A DNA stretch of 64,000 nt from Lingula anatina (lineage: Eukaryota > Animalia > Brachiopoda), in NCBI GenBank assembly GCA_051362555.1, contig CM120646.1, positions 22,506,001 to 22,570,000 on the forward strand. Reading direction: 5' to 3'. The position numbers and the translations under genes are program-made. The notes beneath the pieces were generated by a model. That model was not told the DNA's origin. It worked only from the letters and a program-made list of their open reading frames with translations, and made no database searches. Positions 25,073 through 53,861 of this stretch are shown here, piece after piece (positions within the stretch are counted from its first letter, which is position 1; each line of letters opens with the position of its first letter).

Positions 25073-26121
25073 ACAAACCGTTTATCATTTCATGACTTAC
25101 ATGTGATTTATCCACCATAAATAAATAAATTTTAAAAAATCCAAATTCGGGATTCCTACACCAAGGTTTAATAGAACAATGGTGAATTATATGAGTTTCG
25201 TTCTAGGCTAACAAAATATGACAAAATTGTCCGGAGAATGATTCAATTCAATTCATATAGATGAGTTTTTGTTTTGTCTTTAGTACGAGAACATAGAGGA
25301 CGAACACAAGATGTTGTTTTCTGCTATGCTGGACCTGGAAAAGACACAGGACAAAAAGAAAGCGGTTCTGGACTTTTGCCGTCTGTTGAATGCACATTTC
25401 ATGCACGAAGAGGTATTAAATTACATGGGTCCATATGCGAAAATGTACGATAAATATGCAAAAAAAAGTATGGTTATTTCTTATTACAAATATGCATACA
25501 CCTCGTTATAGCTACATTTATTAGTGTCCCCTTTTGCCTTTTTATCATACTTTTGTTTATCTTATATGATTGGAAAAGCACGTTTCTTTCTTCATACTTT
25601 CTGCATTCAAATTGCACTATTCGTAAAATAGCATATTTTAATTCCATTTTCCGATGACATTAAAAAGGGTTAAATACTTCTTCCTAGATGATGTTTAGAC
25701 TGGCAGGTTGCCCTGAAAACCCACAACACAGGATTCAATGCAAGAAATTCCTAGAAAACCTACACCACTGGACGGCGCCTGACAAACAGGACATGATTAG
25801 CTACGTTAAAGAATGGTAAGATCGTACCACAAGGCGAGTGATACTAGCCTCAATTCAGCGTTAATTTATCGTTTTAAAAATTTGATTTTGGGGTGACCAA
25901 CGACGTGTACTTGTGAGCATGAATGTTATTTTCAGACAAAAAATAAACAGAGTTAGCTTTGGAATTGTTGCCTCGCGTGGAACATTCTATTTGTTCTTAC
26001 AAACATATTTACTGTTTTCAGGCTTACCAATCACGTAGCGGCCACAGACTCCCATTACAAGGGCAAACGAAATCCGAGACTGTTCTCAAAGCCATGGTTT
26101 GGTTCCATGCTCTACATTTAA
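24392..26121 (+). CDS. Divergent myohemerythrin-like protein (Hr-B), ~184 aa, His77 replaced by Cys
   Basis: Exons 24392-24589, 25284-25412, 25688-25815, 26022-26121. Internal exons are 129 and 128 nt with the same phases as Hr-A. VPESSVWDENFSLGYENIEDEHKMLF..NAHFMHEEMM..QHRIQCKKF..KEWLTNHVAATDSHYKGK. The start codon is less certain. Confidence 0.88.
25020..25069. repeat. (GT)n microsatellite
   Basis: Direct reading of the sequence. Confidence 0.95.
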
Positions 26122-27127
26122 CATTACTTCCATGCATTTAACTACCAAGATATAGACTGTCATTCTTTCTATTTCATCCGTAACTGTAATAGATAATCAG
26201 GATGCACAACTTAAGAAATATTCAAAAATTCATTAATTCAATAAAGATTTCTTAACTTTTGCGTAACATCATTCAGTGCAAAAAAACTTAACGGACAACA
26301 ATTTGGGTAAATAAAAGATTTAAGGCTTTATTTGAGCCAGTAATATATTCTTTTGATTAAAAAATACCATTTACAAAGATTGAGTTTAAATTAAGACTAT
26401 ATTACAAATAGTGTATACACCATCATTGGCATATGGCAATTTTACCTTTAATTATTATCAGTAATATTCCAGAAGAAATCTACAAAACCATGAAAAAAAA
26501 TCCTCTCTCAGCTGAACATCATGGAACACTTCTATCCTTGACCCAAAAAACATCTTTCATAAAATCAGAAGACACAAATTCATGCACAAACTATGCATAT
26601 TTTCATATGGGACAAGTAATGAACAATGTTCTGATCTTCCCAAAAAATGTATAACTTTCAGGACACCCTGTAAACATCATGGTTCATTTACTACAGCTGT
26701 GTTAATGTATCTCTCTGTATCACTACAGACCAAGTATCACTAGTGTTTAACTACACACATTACTGCTGCATCCATATGTCATATTACTTTGTGTGTGAAA
26801 TGTGTTTTACATCTGTCAATCTCTCACTCTCTCCTTCTCTCTCTCTCTCAATTCCATAGAATGGGATCATGGCTTTTCCCTTTTTCCTGTTGTATGCCAA
26901 TGCCTGGGGCTGAAAAAACTTCATGTCTGTCCTCTCTTTAATATTGTACATAATAAAATATTTTCATTATGTTGATAACCACAGAGTTCAGGCCACAATG
27001 TTGGCAATTATGCTAGTTAGTAGGTGACAAGCTATGTGAAGTTTCATATTTTTATTAGTTTGGAATACCCAGAATTGTCCAAATTCTGTCATATCTTCAG
27101 TAACTGTGGAGTGCAGATGAGATGAAA

Positions 27128-30061
27128 TTAAGTATCTAATGCATATCTCATCTTGTATTTAGCAAGTCTTAGATTTTTCTTCTTCAGTTTCTCCAGGCGG
27201 TTCTGGTTTTTGCCTCCAACTGAAGTGAACTCAACATTTATTTTGCTACCAAGAAGTTCAGACCGATGAAGTTGCAATCCTCTCTGAAAACAAATATTTT
27301 TTAAAAATATTAACAATAAATCCTTCAATACTTTTAAAATCCCTCTTTCAAATAGTGCCTATCACTAACAATAGAAAATATTTTTATTAAATATAATTAA
27401 CCAGTAGATAATCAGGCAAAATATATAATAAAACAAGAAAGGCACTGTAATTTGAAGTATAACAAATTTTTTTTAAATAAAATTGGGGTTGATCCTTTAC
27501 TCTACAGTTTCCATGTGAATAATCAAGTAATCATTGTTTGTATATTACTTTTCTAATCTCCACTCATAAAGTGAACTTGCAAGCTAAAGAAAATCACACT
27601 TTTCATGTCTTCTTAACACTCAAAAAATACTTGTGATAAAAAATCCATTCTTTTCCAACTTTAAGCAGTCAAAATGTTTGATTTAATCATTTAAAATAAC
27701 AATAAAAAAGTAATGCATACAGGTATTTAAATGTTAAAATGCTATACCCTAAAGCAAAGAAAATTATTTACCCTGAGGGATGGTTCATCCCCAAATTCAA
27801 CAAATGCAAATCCTTTCTGCTTCCCAGTTTCCTTGTGGGTTGGAAGTCTAATGGTCAGAACTTTCCCTGGAAGATGACACCAGGGAAAATAAATCCATGC
27901 AATCATGAATATAAAACATTTTAAACATGCATGCATTTTTTATGCTTGACAAAATGAACAATATTTTCGAGAGAGTTCAATGCAGAGCATGGCTGAATCT
28001 GCATATTTTATTTATTCATGTTATTATTACCTCAAGGGTATGTTTACGTACCTGAAGATTTAAAGTGCTCTTGAATATCTTCCTTACTAATAACCTCAGG
28101 TAAATGCCCAACAAAGAGAACATATTTCCTTTTCCTTTCAACTGTACTTTTTTTGCCCTTTTGGGTCTTCAGTTCAGGTTGTTTCTTATTTTTCTTATGC
28201 CCCTTCTTTGATGGAGATACTAGTAGGCTGCCAGTTTTTGTCTCTTGGCAAATTTCGGTCTGATCAGAATTCAACTTTGGAGCACATTCTGCTTCAGAGG
28301 AATCGGAGTGTTCTTTTTCTCCTTTTACTTTTTGGACAGATTCTCCATCTGATGAATCTGAATGTTCTCTTTTTGTTTGTTTATCCAAGGACATAGCATG
28401 AGAAGTCCTGAATGTCTTTTTGAAGCCCTGTTTGTTCTGTGTAAAATCTTCCCTTGTCAACAGTTTCTGTTTCTTTGCACTCTTGGTCTTGTTTGTAGCT
28501 GGCTTGACTGTGTTAACATCACCTGTGTTGTATACAAAATTAACACTGTTAAATTTTTCTGACAAGGCACATCTTATACTTGTTTTCATTATGTGTGCTC
28601 ATCTCTACATCACTAAAATCAGCTTGTCTGTTTCACAAACACATCACTCTGCTTTAGAAAAACCTAGAACCAAAATTTAATTTTTGTTCATGCATGTTAT
28701 GTGGCAAATTTTAAGTATGTGCAGCATTATTTAACTGGGAAAAAACGAGTGGGGCAACTTGTGACCCATTTATAAAAGTGGAATCTGAAAAAAAAAGATA
28801 AACATGGTGTCACTAAAACTTGAATATATTAATTCTGATCTAAATGTGAGAGATCAAAATTTTAAAATGACTCTTCATACACAGATATGTAGCTATCAGT
28901 TTCTTAAATTTGAAGTATCTAGCATGTAGGACTACTAGTAGGATAACATACAAATATAAAATATATAATATTACAAAATTAATCATGTGTAGGTCCTACT
29001 AGTTGCTATGTGGAGTTTCTTATTTTTATTAGTTTGGAATACCCAGAATTGTCCAAATTCTGTCATATCTTCAGTAACTGTGGAGTGCAGATGGGATGAA
29101 ATTAACTACTAGTATCTAATGCATATCTCATCTTGTATTTAGCAAGTCTAAGATTTTTCTTCTTCAGTTTCTCCAGGCGGTTCTGGTTTTTGCCTCCAAC
29201 TGAAGTGAACTCAACATTTATTTTGCTACCAAGAAGTTCAGACGTCAGTAACTATAACTTCTACTACTGGTACTCCTTCGAGTCCTTGCAGTTAGCACAT
29301 TGTTCAGTTCACAAATATTATCTCCAATCAAATTAATTAACATGTCTGGAGATAATATTTGTGAACTGAAAAAAAGGAAGGCATGTTCAGTTCACAAATA
29401 TTATCTCCAGACATGTTAATTAATTTGATTGGAGTCGATTGCTTGTGCACTCGACTCGTTTTATGGCCTTACCTGTAGTTATATAATGTAAGTGGAAGTG
29501 TGCAATTTGAATAATTAAAATTAGTATGTACCGCCAAATAATGCAGCACAGAATCCACCACTGATAAGAAATATTGTATAAAAGACGTTCAGAATTAATA
29601 TCGGGAGTTCAGACTGAAGAAGACTCGAAGGTGACCACTCGACAGAGCCATGGGAGACTTCACGTAGATGATGTAGTTAGAGAGCGTCAACCAATAAACC
29701 ATTAAACTGGTCACTCTGTGGACTTGGGTTTTCTTTGCGCGACCTCACATAAATCTGACACGAACCGTGGAATCTTTGGATTGCGTTATCCACTAAGTAA
29801 GTCTAAAACGAAATGTCGTATTTCGAGCCCACGCTTGAATTAAGCGTACAAAATTATATAAGTTTAGGACATTACAACATACCGTTTTGCATATTCTTGT
29901 GTTTTCCCCACCATTTCCGCCTCTTTTCAATCCTACTGCTTTTTCCTGTTTTCTGAAAATAATTGAAAGATTATTTAACATATTTATGAGAGATAAAAAG
30001 ATAAAACAACAATAAAAACAGACTACCGATTTCAACGCACCTGTTCCATGGGCGCCGCCAT
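27128..30061 (-). CDS. Nop6-like single-RRM nucleolar RNA-binding protein
   Basis: Confident exons: 28589 (or 28522)-28052, 27866-27772, 27283-27128. Lys-rich N-terminus, RNP2 YVLFVGHLP, RNP1 KGFAFVEF, then LHRSELLGSKINVEFTSVGGKNQNRLEKLKKKN, resembling the yeast Nop6 C-terminal motif. A probable first exon is 30061-30041 (MAAPMEQ|gtgcgt); how it joins the downstream exons is unresolved. Confidence 0.75.
29005..29243 (-). pseudogene. Near-identical duplicate of most of the Nop6-like last exon plus 3' UTR
   Basis: Direct copy of 27031-27263 with a few substitutions and a 6-nt insertion just before the stop codon. It lacks the splice acceptor and the first 20 nt of the exon. Confidence 0.9.
29303..29434. 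repeat. Overlapping perfect inverted repeats (fold-back)
   Basis: 29303-29326 pairs with 29347-29370 (24 bp); 29322-29370 pairs with 29386-29434 (49 bp). Confidence 0.92.
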
Positions 30062-30335
30062 CTTACCTGTTGCATGCTGGGTAGCCATTTTCTTGAAATG
30101 TTAATAAAAGTTACCACGTTTTGTGCTTCAAACCGCAAATTGCACTGCCCCAAGCATATTTATGTTCCAATTCTTATTTTTAGTGATCCTAAATATCCTT
30201 GCATCTTCATTTTGACAAATAGCGTGATGTCCGAAATTACCGTGACGTCAGATATCAACAAAAATTTGTGGAAAGTCAACCTAGCGCAACCTTGCTACAG
30301 AATCTGCGTATTTTCCCATAATTTATGAGATAGAG
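30056..30335. promoter_or_regulatory. Probable bidirectional promoter (Nop6-like / lifeguard) with a non-coding lifeguard exon ending at 30335
   Basis: YY1-like aagatggcggc on the minus strand at ~30054-30064, perfect CRE tgacgtca at 30243-30250, and a strong donor gag|gtaagt after 30335. Confidence 0.5.
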
Positions 30336-31516
30336 GTAAGTCTGATAGCGACATTAAGTACACTAGAATATATTTCTTACCGTATATATAATGAGAATTG
30401 TCTATAAAAATGTATTTCCAGCAGTAGTTCACACAGAAGACAATTTATTGCATAATTCATCCCATCCCAAGGCACCGGCGACGAAAGACAAAATCCTTGT
30501 TCTACAATATGTGATTGAAACATTTACACGTGCTGTCGTAGTTTCATTTACGTTATATATTAATCTCCCATATATTGTGGTACCACATATGAAACATTCT
30601 TCATTTATTTATGTAGCCAAGCTGTGACGATGTAAAGTTACGGTAACAACTGTATTTTATTGATTATGCCAGACTTGGTTTGAAAAGGCGGAAGTCAGAT
30701 CATTTTTGCCGCTTCCATGGGTGGGTGGGTGGGGGGGGGGGGGGGGGGGTCTGTGTGTGTTTGAGCTCTTTTTGCTTCTCCACCAAAATTAAATAAATGG
30801 ATAAATGAATGAATGAAAATAAGGTTAAAAAAAATAATAAGTGGATATTTAATAATAATAATGATGACCCTTAAACCTCTAATATGGTTATTAAAATTAC
30901 ACTAGTTTTTTTATGTCTTTTTGTTTCACAAAGTTAGGATTATTTCTTCTTCTTGGAATGAGGATATGATAAATTTCCACAAAAGGTAGTGTATAGAACT
31001 ATGAATGTTTGTGAAGGGAAGTGGTACTCATTGGTACACCAAAATGATGAGACATTGAAACATCCTGTTACACACCATAGCAATGCCACAGTGATCAGAA
31101 GTGTGTGGACTTATCTATATCATTTGACCTTAATGAGGTCATAGGGTTGGATATACAGTTATGCTTTTAAACACATTATCTGGGGAAAGTTAAACCTTAC
31201 ACCTGAAGGTGTGGAATCCTGCACCAATCCCATATTTGTGTAATCATTTTGGACAGTTCACAACAAAGGTGTGGTATTCTTTCATTTCCCTATTTATTAG
31301 CATTTTTACTGAGAAGATATATGATAATAACAGATGCAGACAACTGCGACCCATAGTTTCACTGACAGCCTGATAAACAGTTTATGTCATATTATTGACA
31401 GTTTCACTTTCGTTTTCATTTCCATTTTCAAAGTGTCACTGGTGATAGTTCCAAGTACTTGCCTCCAAAATAACACTTACAATGTATGTTATATGTTTCA
31501 GCTGTCATAGGTCACC

Positions 31517-48081
<16,565 letters not shown>

Positions 48082-49549
48082 GCAACCCGAGGCGGTGTAA
48101 AAAAGGCAGGTAAAGGATTTTGCTGAGAGCAGGGTAAAAAAATGCCGTCTTGCTTATCAGGTTTTGTCTGTACCCTCCTCAAAACATCAATGATGAATAA
48201 TAATGACCATAGCGATAATGATGCTACTTTATATAATTATGGGAGCTAAAGTTGAATGTGGGCATGACAATATGTATAGATACAGACATATTACAGTTAA
48301 AATAGAATTGGCATATAGATAAATCTGTACATTTTTACTCAAAATGACATTAATATTTAACACACACCTCTAGTTAAAAGCAGGCTTTTATTTTTTTATT
48401 TTTTTTTTGAAATAATTTTTTTCAAATAAGAGAAAAAATAGATTTCCTAATTGTTTATTTATTTAAGGTGTCATCAGTAACCTTGTGTGCATTCAGTTTT
48501 GTTGGGTTGCTTATTAGAATTGTAGTCAGGAATCTGAATTGTTGAATATCTATTAACAGAGTTCTCTGAAAGGCTGTACACCCAACATTTAGTTGTTATG
48601 CAGCCTGCATTCTTCTGTCTGAGAGCAGTCAGTCTGCATATAAATTTTAGTATAAAAAGACTCACCTTATACACACAGGTGGATTTTGTTTTTATGTTCA
48701 TCATTATTTATATCATTGTGCATAACCTTATGTCAAATAAATGTTGGAAATATATTTTAAAAATACTTATAATTTGAATGTAGCGGGTCTTAGCAGATAA
48801 TTATAAATTGTGTACTATTTGGTCCCTGATTAGAAAGAAACCCGGCGTAAGAAGATTAACATGGCAAATATTGAAGTAATACAGCATTTGTTATATTTTA
48901 TGTACTGTATCTAATGTATATAAAGTTCAACCCAAACTATGCTCATTTTGCCTTTATTTGGGTTTAAGTAAGTTGATGATTCACCCAAAAAGAAAAAAAA
49001 AAAGAAAAACGCGTATTGAATTTTAAGTTGATCAAGTTGGAATTAGGTAAAGTGATGTCAGTGGAATATAGATAAATGTAGCATTATGGCAGTGAATAAA
49101 ATACTGCATGGAGATGAAAGCATGAACAAACTTTACTAGATAGGCCTTTTGTGCTTTATGTTCTAAAATAATATCTAATTATCATTTAATGTAAAGATGT
49201 TATTATTTTACAATTTTTACATCGTTCCAATTTAGTTGAAGGAGAGAATGTCGTGTCTAGTTTCAGTAAACAAATAATTCAGTCAAGCATAATAATATGT
49301 TTGATTTTTATGTTCTCTTGTGACAAACAGTGAAAATTAAAAGTTAATTAGGGCGGATCTCATGTATGATCCATTGAAATTGTGCAAAAAGTATTTATGA
49401 AGATTAAAGACACGATACTCTCTGAATCTAACAGGATAGCTTCTTTTAAACTAGATTGAACTTAAAATTTGAAATTCTTTGCCTGTGGTAGAAAAACTTA
49501 GTTGTTGTATTTGATATATGAAGCATTAGGTTTCTTATTATTATTATAT

Positions 49550-49580
<31 letters not shown>

Positions 49581-51854
49581 TTTTTGTATAGTGATAATAG
49601 TCTGTTACATTAATGTGTAGAATTGTAGATGTGGCCATTATTCTCATTATGAATTCCATTTCTGTGACATCAAAAAACATATGATTGTGCTTTGTAACAT
49701 AAAGTTTGTGTTGTATTTTTCTAAAAGTCTTTTGGTTTTCTTTTGTGTCGCTGAAAAAATGAAATGGAAAATAAACTAAAAACAATTAACCCCCCCCCCT
49801 CATTCTCACCTCCCCCCCCCAAAAAAAAAAAAAGGGAGAGAGAGAGAAAATTGTCACTCCGAGTAGTTGTAAAATGTTTCGTTTTAGAGGATGTACGCAA
49901 AAAATGTCTACAATGTCACAAAGTTGGCTTTATCTTGAAGTCCGAATATTCTATATTTGTTTGACCCAATATAAAACGGTTTCACTGCCCAGAACATGAG
50001 TCGTCGGTTCCTTTCTATATAATGGCAAAATGTGTCCAAATTGATTGTGTCACTGAAGTTTCGTCACATACTACATTTGATTCATTTGATATGAGAATGT
50101 TTCCCCTACTCTGTTTCAACAAGGATTACAGCAAATTATAGTAGACTGCACTTTATTATGCTGTGCCACCATGCTTTCCCATTCTCCTGGGCATTGACAC
50201 TGTGTAATGTTAAACAACGAGATGCAATGTCAATTAAATAGAAAAAGGTCTACAACTGCGGGTGTTTTTAAAAAGAAATCGACAGAGCAAAACGCTTTAA
50301 GGTTAACCTCAGAATAATTATCTTTGACGCATTGATATTTTTAAGAGCTAACAAGTGTCTGTTGTTTCCGTCAGATAAATACAATACAATTAAGAAAGAA
50401 ATGAGAGAAATCAGATGAGATAGATTCTTCAAGCGCTTCCGTAACAGAATCGTTGTAGAATTTCTTCAACCATGTTAATATATAAATGCCACGTCTTTAC
50501 TAAATCCCAGTCAAAAAATATTTCTCACAGTCAGGTATGCCTCGACTTCCAGCTCGTTGAATTTTCTACAATTCTAGAATTGGATTCATGAAAAAGCTTA
50601 GTCGAAAGTCGGTCTTGATATTTATAGACCGATATTTCTAGCCTGCTGGAACCAAGGAAAATGAAGAGTACGTCATAATATTATATTGCACCAATCCTGC
50701 ACAATAGTTACTGGGGAAGACGGTTAATATATGAGACTAATTATTTATTGGACTAATGTAGATTTATCCTGGCTCGAAATGGATCAAAAAATTCTGTTCT
50801 ACAGCTGAGAACAACTTTCGACTAACGTGCACGTCCTTCTGTCAAATTGATGACAACAGATCCAGCACTACCACCACCCTCTCCGCCAAATAAATAAAAA
50901 ATTGTAAAACGAGCGAGACGAGACATACCCAAGCCATAATTAATTTCATCCCCGTGCTCTACATACTTAAACAAAAAGCTCCGTCTTCTCGCTTCTTTCG
51001 CTTGATTCAGCAATTTTTTATCATTGCCTCCCTCCCTGCCCCCCCCCCCCTCCCCCCGTTGAAACCATTGATCCACCAAACATTCTTTCAATTCACATGT
51101 TCAGTATAGGTCTAGGACAGGTGGACTCAGCACAAAACAGGTCTTTACAACTGCATTCCAAACTGGCGATGTTTCATTCACATTACAAAACACGTGAAAC
51201 CCACTGTTACAAAAAGCACCGAACAAAAGCGCGATGAGATCAATAGAACTTCTAACCATCAAGTGGATTTAATTCAGTACAATATAATAATGTCAGCGTG
51301 GGAACGCAGAATGGGAGTTTTTTTTAAGTTATACACTTGTTTTTATTCTGATTTATTACTACTAGTACGCAACGGTTGAATCAGACAATCAAAAGGCATG
51401 TTCACATCGAGCGTTTTATCTCTACTATTCACCTTTCTCTCGAGCCCGTAAATGCGGTTTTTTTTTTTGGGGGGGGGGGGGGGGTTCTAAAGAATGTCTC
51501 TGACCAAAAAAGTTCTGCTCTACTCTGACGCAAAATTTGATGTAGTTCTATTTCATTTCTCAAGATGCGTCAACAAAGGGGGTGAAAATGTCCTCTCATT
51601 CAGATAAAGAAGGCACACACACACCCTCCCCCCCCCCACCACCTTTTAAACTGTTGGATAGCTTACACGTCTGCGCCGCTTCTCCTCTTTTACGAGATGT
51701 AACGTTCACTACTTTAAAGAAAACATGTTTAATGACGATTGTTTCATAATTCGCCGTTCTTAACCATACATTTGTCTATTTCCGTAATCTTCGTAATCAA
51801 TATTGCAGTATCACGCCCTGCCTCCCGCCTCTCCCTAAAATTGACCGTGGTCCT

Positions 51855-52245
51855 GTGAGCACAATTACGTCAAAGGTTGCAGGGTCTCGATTTTTCCCCC
51901 TTTCCGTTCCAGAGGTTGCACGTTGTATCTTTTGTATGCTTCTCTTAAACGATTATTTAAACAGAAACCCTATTCGTCCGGTGCACTCACATTCATTTGC
52001 ATTATGCAATTCCATTGCACAATGCATAGAGCCTATACATAAAGCGCAGTCATGCTTGTTTATTGTTCCCTCTGTCTCTCCCCAGCACGCTCGCGGACCT
52101 CCCAGGCACCATGTGAAGCAGTAACAGGTAGGTTAATAGAAGCTTGTTGACGACGTGAAGTCGTTTCACATAGCGAAGGCCGCAGGTTTCCCATGTTTAT
52201 ATAGGGAGTAACAGGGCGGCCGCTGTAAAGGAACTCGGGATCCAG
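51855..52245 (+). promoter_or_regulatory. Possible promoter and non-coding first exon(s) of the ZIP-like gene
   Basis: Locally CpG-rich; TATA-like tatacataaag at ~52035; MRE-consensus tgcactc at 51982; strong donors cag|gtaggt (52127) and cag|gtgagt (52245). Confidence 0.35.
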
Positions 52246-52992
52246 GTGAGTGTTTTGGTGTAGCATTTTGACGTTGATGGTTTAAAATGATACCAGCGTG
52301 TCAGATAATTACCAATGATAACTGATATAACAGTAAATAGGGGAACAATGACATTAAAAAGGGACGCCAGCTCTGACTGATTTGCATCGAGGTGACAGAG
52401 TGTGACAAGGCAGCGTGCCTCCATAGCTCTGTAGTATTCCATCACCTACCTGTACGTCTTACCTGGTAATTGATCATTTGTCCTATAGTACCTCTTTGTT
52501 ATGTGAAGGATTTTTTTAAGCGCAGGCATCTTATGTATGGAGTCTCTTTTCTTCTTTTTGCCATTTAGATAACATTAAGACCATTATATTGCTTACCAAC
52601 GCTCTTTTTTTCTGTGAAATGGCCGACGTGTCACGTCAAACCGCCGTGGTCGGAGACTTGACCTAGCTATTGGCTTTGTAAAGAATTAAAGACGGGCGTG
52701 TGGGGATTTCTAGTATGTTTTTCGACCCTGATATGTTTATGATTAAGGTAACAATTGCCTCACGCTAGAATTATGTTAGACAAACCAAACAAGCTACATC
52801 GTACAAGCATGTTTGCGTAAAGAAAAAATAGTGTAAGAGATTGAGTTGTAAGAGTAGATTTAAGTTTTGTAAACATGGCTTATTTTTGTTACATAGAAAT
52901 GCTGATCATGTTCAGTAAATTGAAATAGTGGATATCATGTAAACAGATACTGCAGTTGCATAAATGTAATTTTCCTAGCACAAATGCTGTTT

Positions 52993-53238
52993 TAGAGCGC
53001 ATTTAGAACAAGTTGCTCCGCGGACTAAATATGGCCGACCCACTTAAAAGCGATGTGGCTTATCCGGCATCGCACGCGCCTTTAACGGATTAAATCTCGG
53101 CCCCTGGGTTTAATTGCTAGGCCCCTGCAGCGACTGCGCGTGTGGAGGCGAGGAGACCATCAGGGATGTAGCGGCATCGGTTTTAAGTGGGGTCGGCCAT
53201 ATTTAGTCAGTGAATCATCTGTTTTGAATACGCTCTTA
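52993..53238. mobile_element. MITE with long imperfect terminal inverted repeats
   Basis: agagcgcatttagaaca...gactaaatatggccgacccacttaaaa pairs with ttttaagtggggtcggccatatttagtc...tgttttgaatacgctct. Confidence 0.78.
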
Positions 53239-53799
53239 TGAAATGAGGAGTGTTATGGAACGAATACGTCAGAGGAAATAAGAATTGCGAAAAATATGGC
53301 TTTGTCTGAAGCATATGATCTTTGCTAAGCTATGGGGCTCACTGGACAAAGGAAACTGGATTTTTTCCTAACCTTTGTGTTATTTTTGTATTGTGTTGAC
53401 AAGAGAAGTAGTGTCGTATTTGATGCCTTGTAGAATGTTTTTTATCAAATTAAACTAACCGCAGAGGGAATTAGTAGTACGTGGGTAAGCAACAATACAT
53501 GATCTGAAAAAAAATTCTACTAACGCTCCATAATTTTCCAATGCATTTCCAAACGCATTCTCTGGAAGCAAGGTGTGAAATATTGTGGTTCGCGTATTTT
53601 TTCACACCTTGCTGAGCTTAGTAAACGGTTGTGAATAAAGATAGAAGTTATGTAAAATTATCATTTCAATAGTCCTTGTGTTATCGTTGCGTGTGTCAGG
53701 TAATACAAAATCAATATTTCAATATCGCCAAGGAAATTATTGCGTGTATTATCCTCACTAAGGTAAGGTATCAAAATAGATTCATTTGCTGCGGAGTTT

Positions 53800-53861
53800 A
53801 TATTATATTATATTATATTATATTATATTATATTATATTATATTATATTATATTATATTAT
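53800..53861. repeat. (TATTA)n microsatellite
   Basis: Direct reading of the sequence. Confidence 0.95.
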
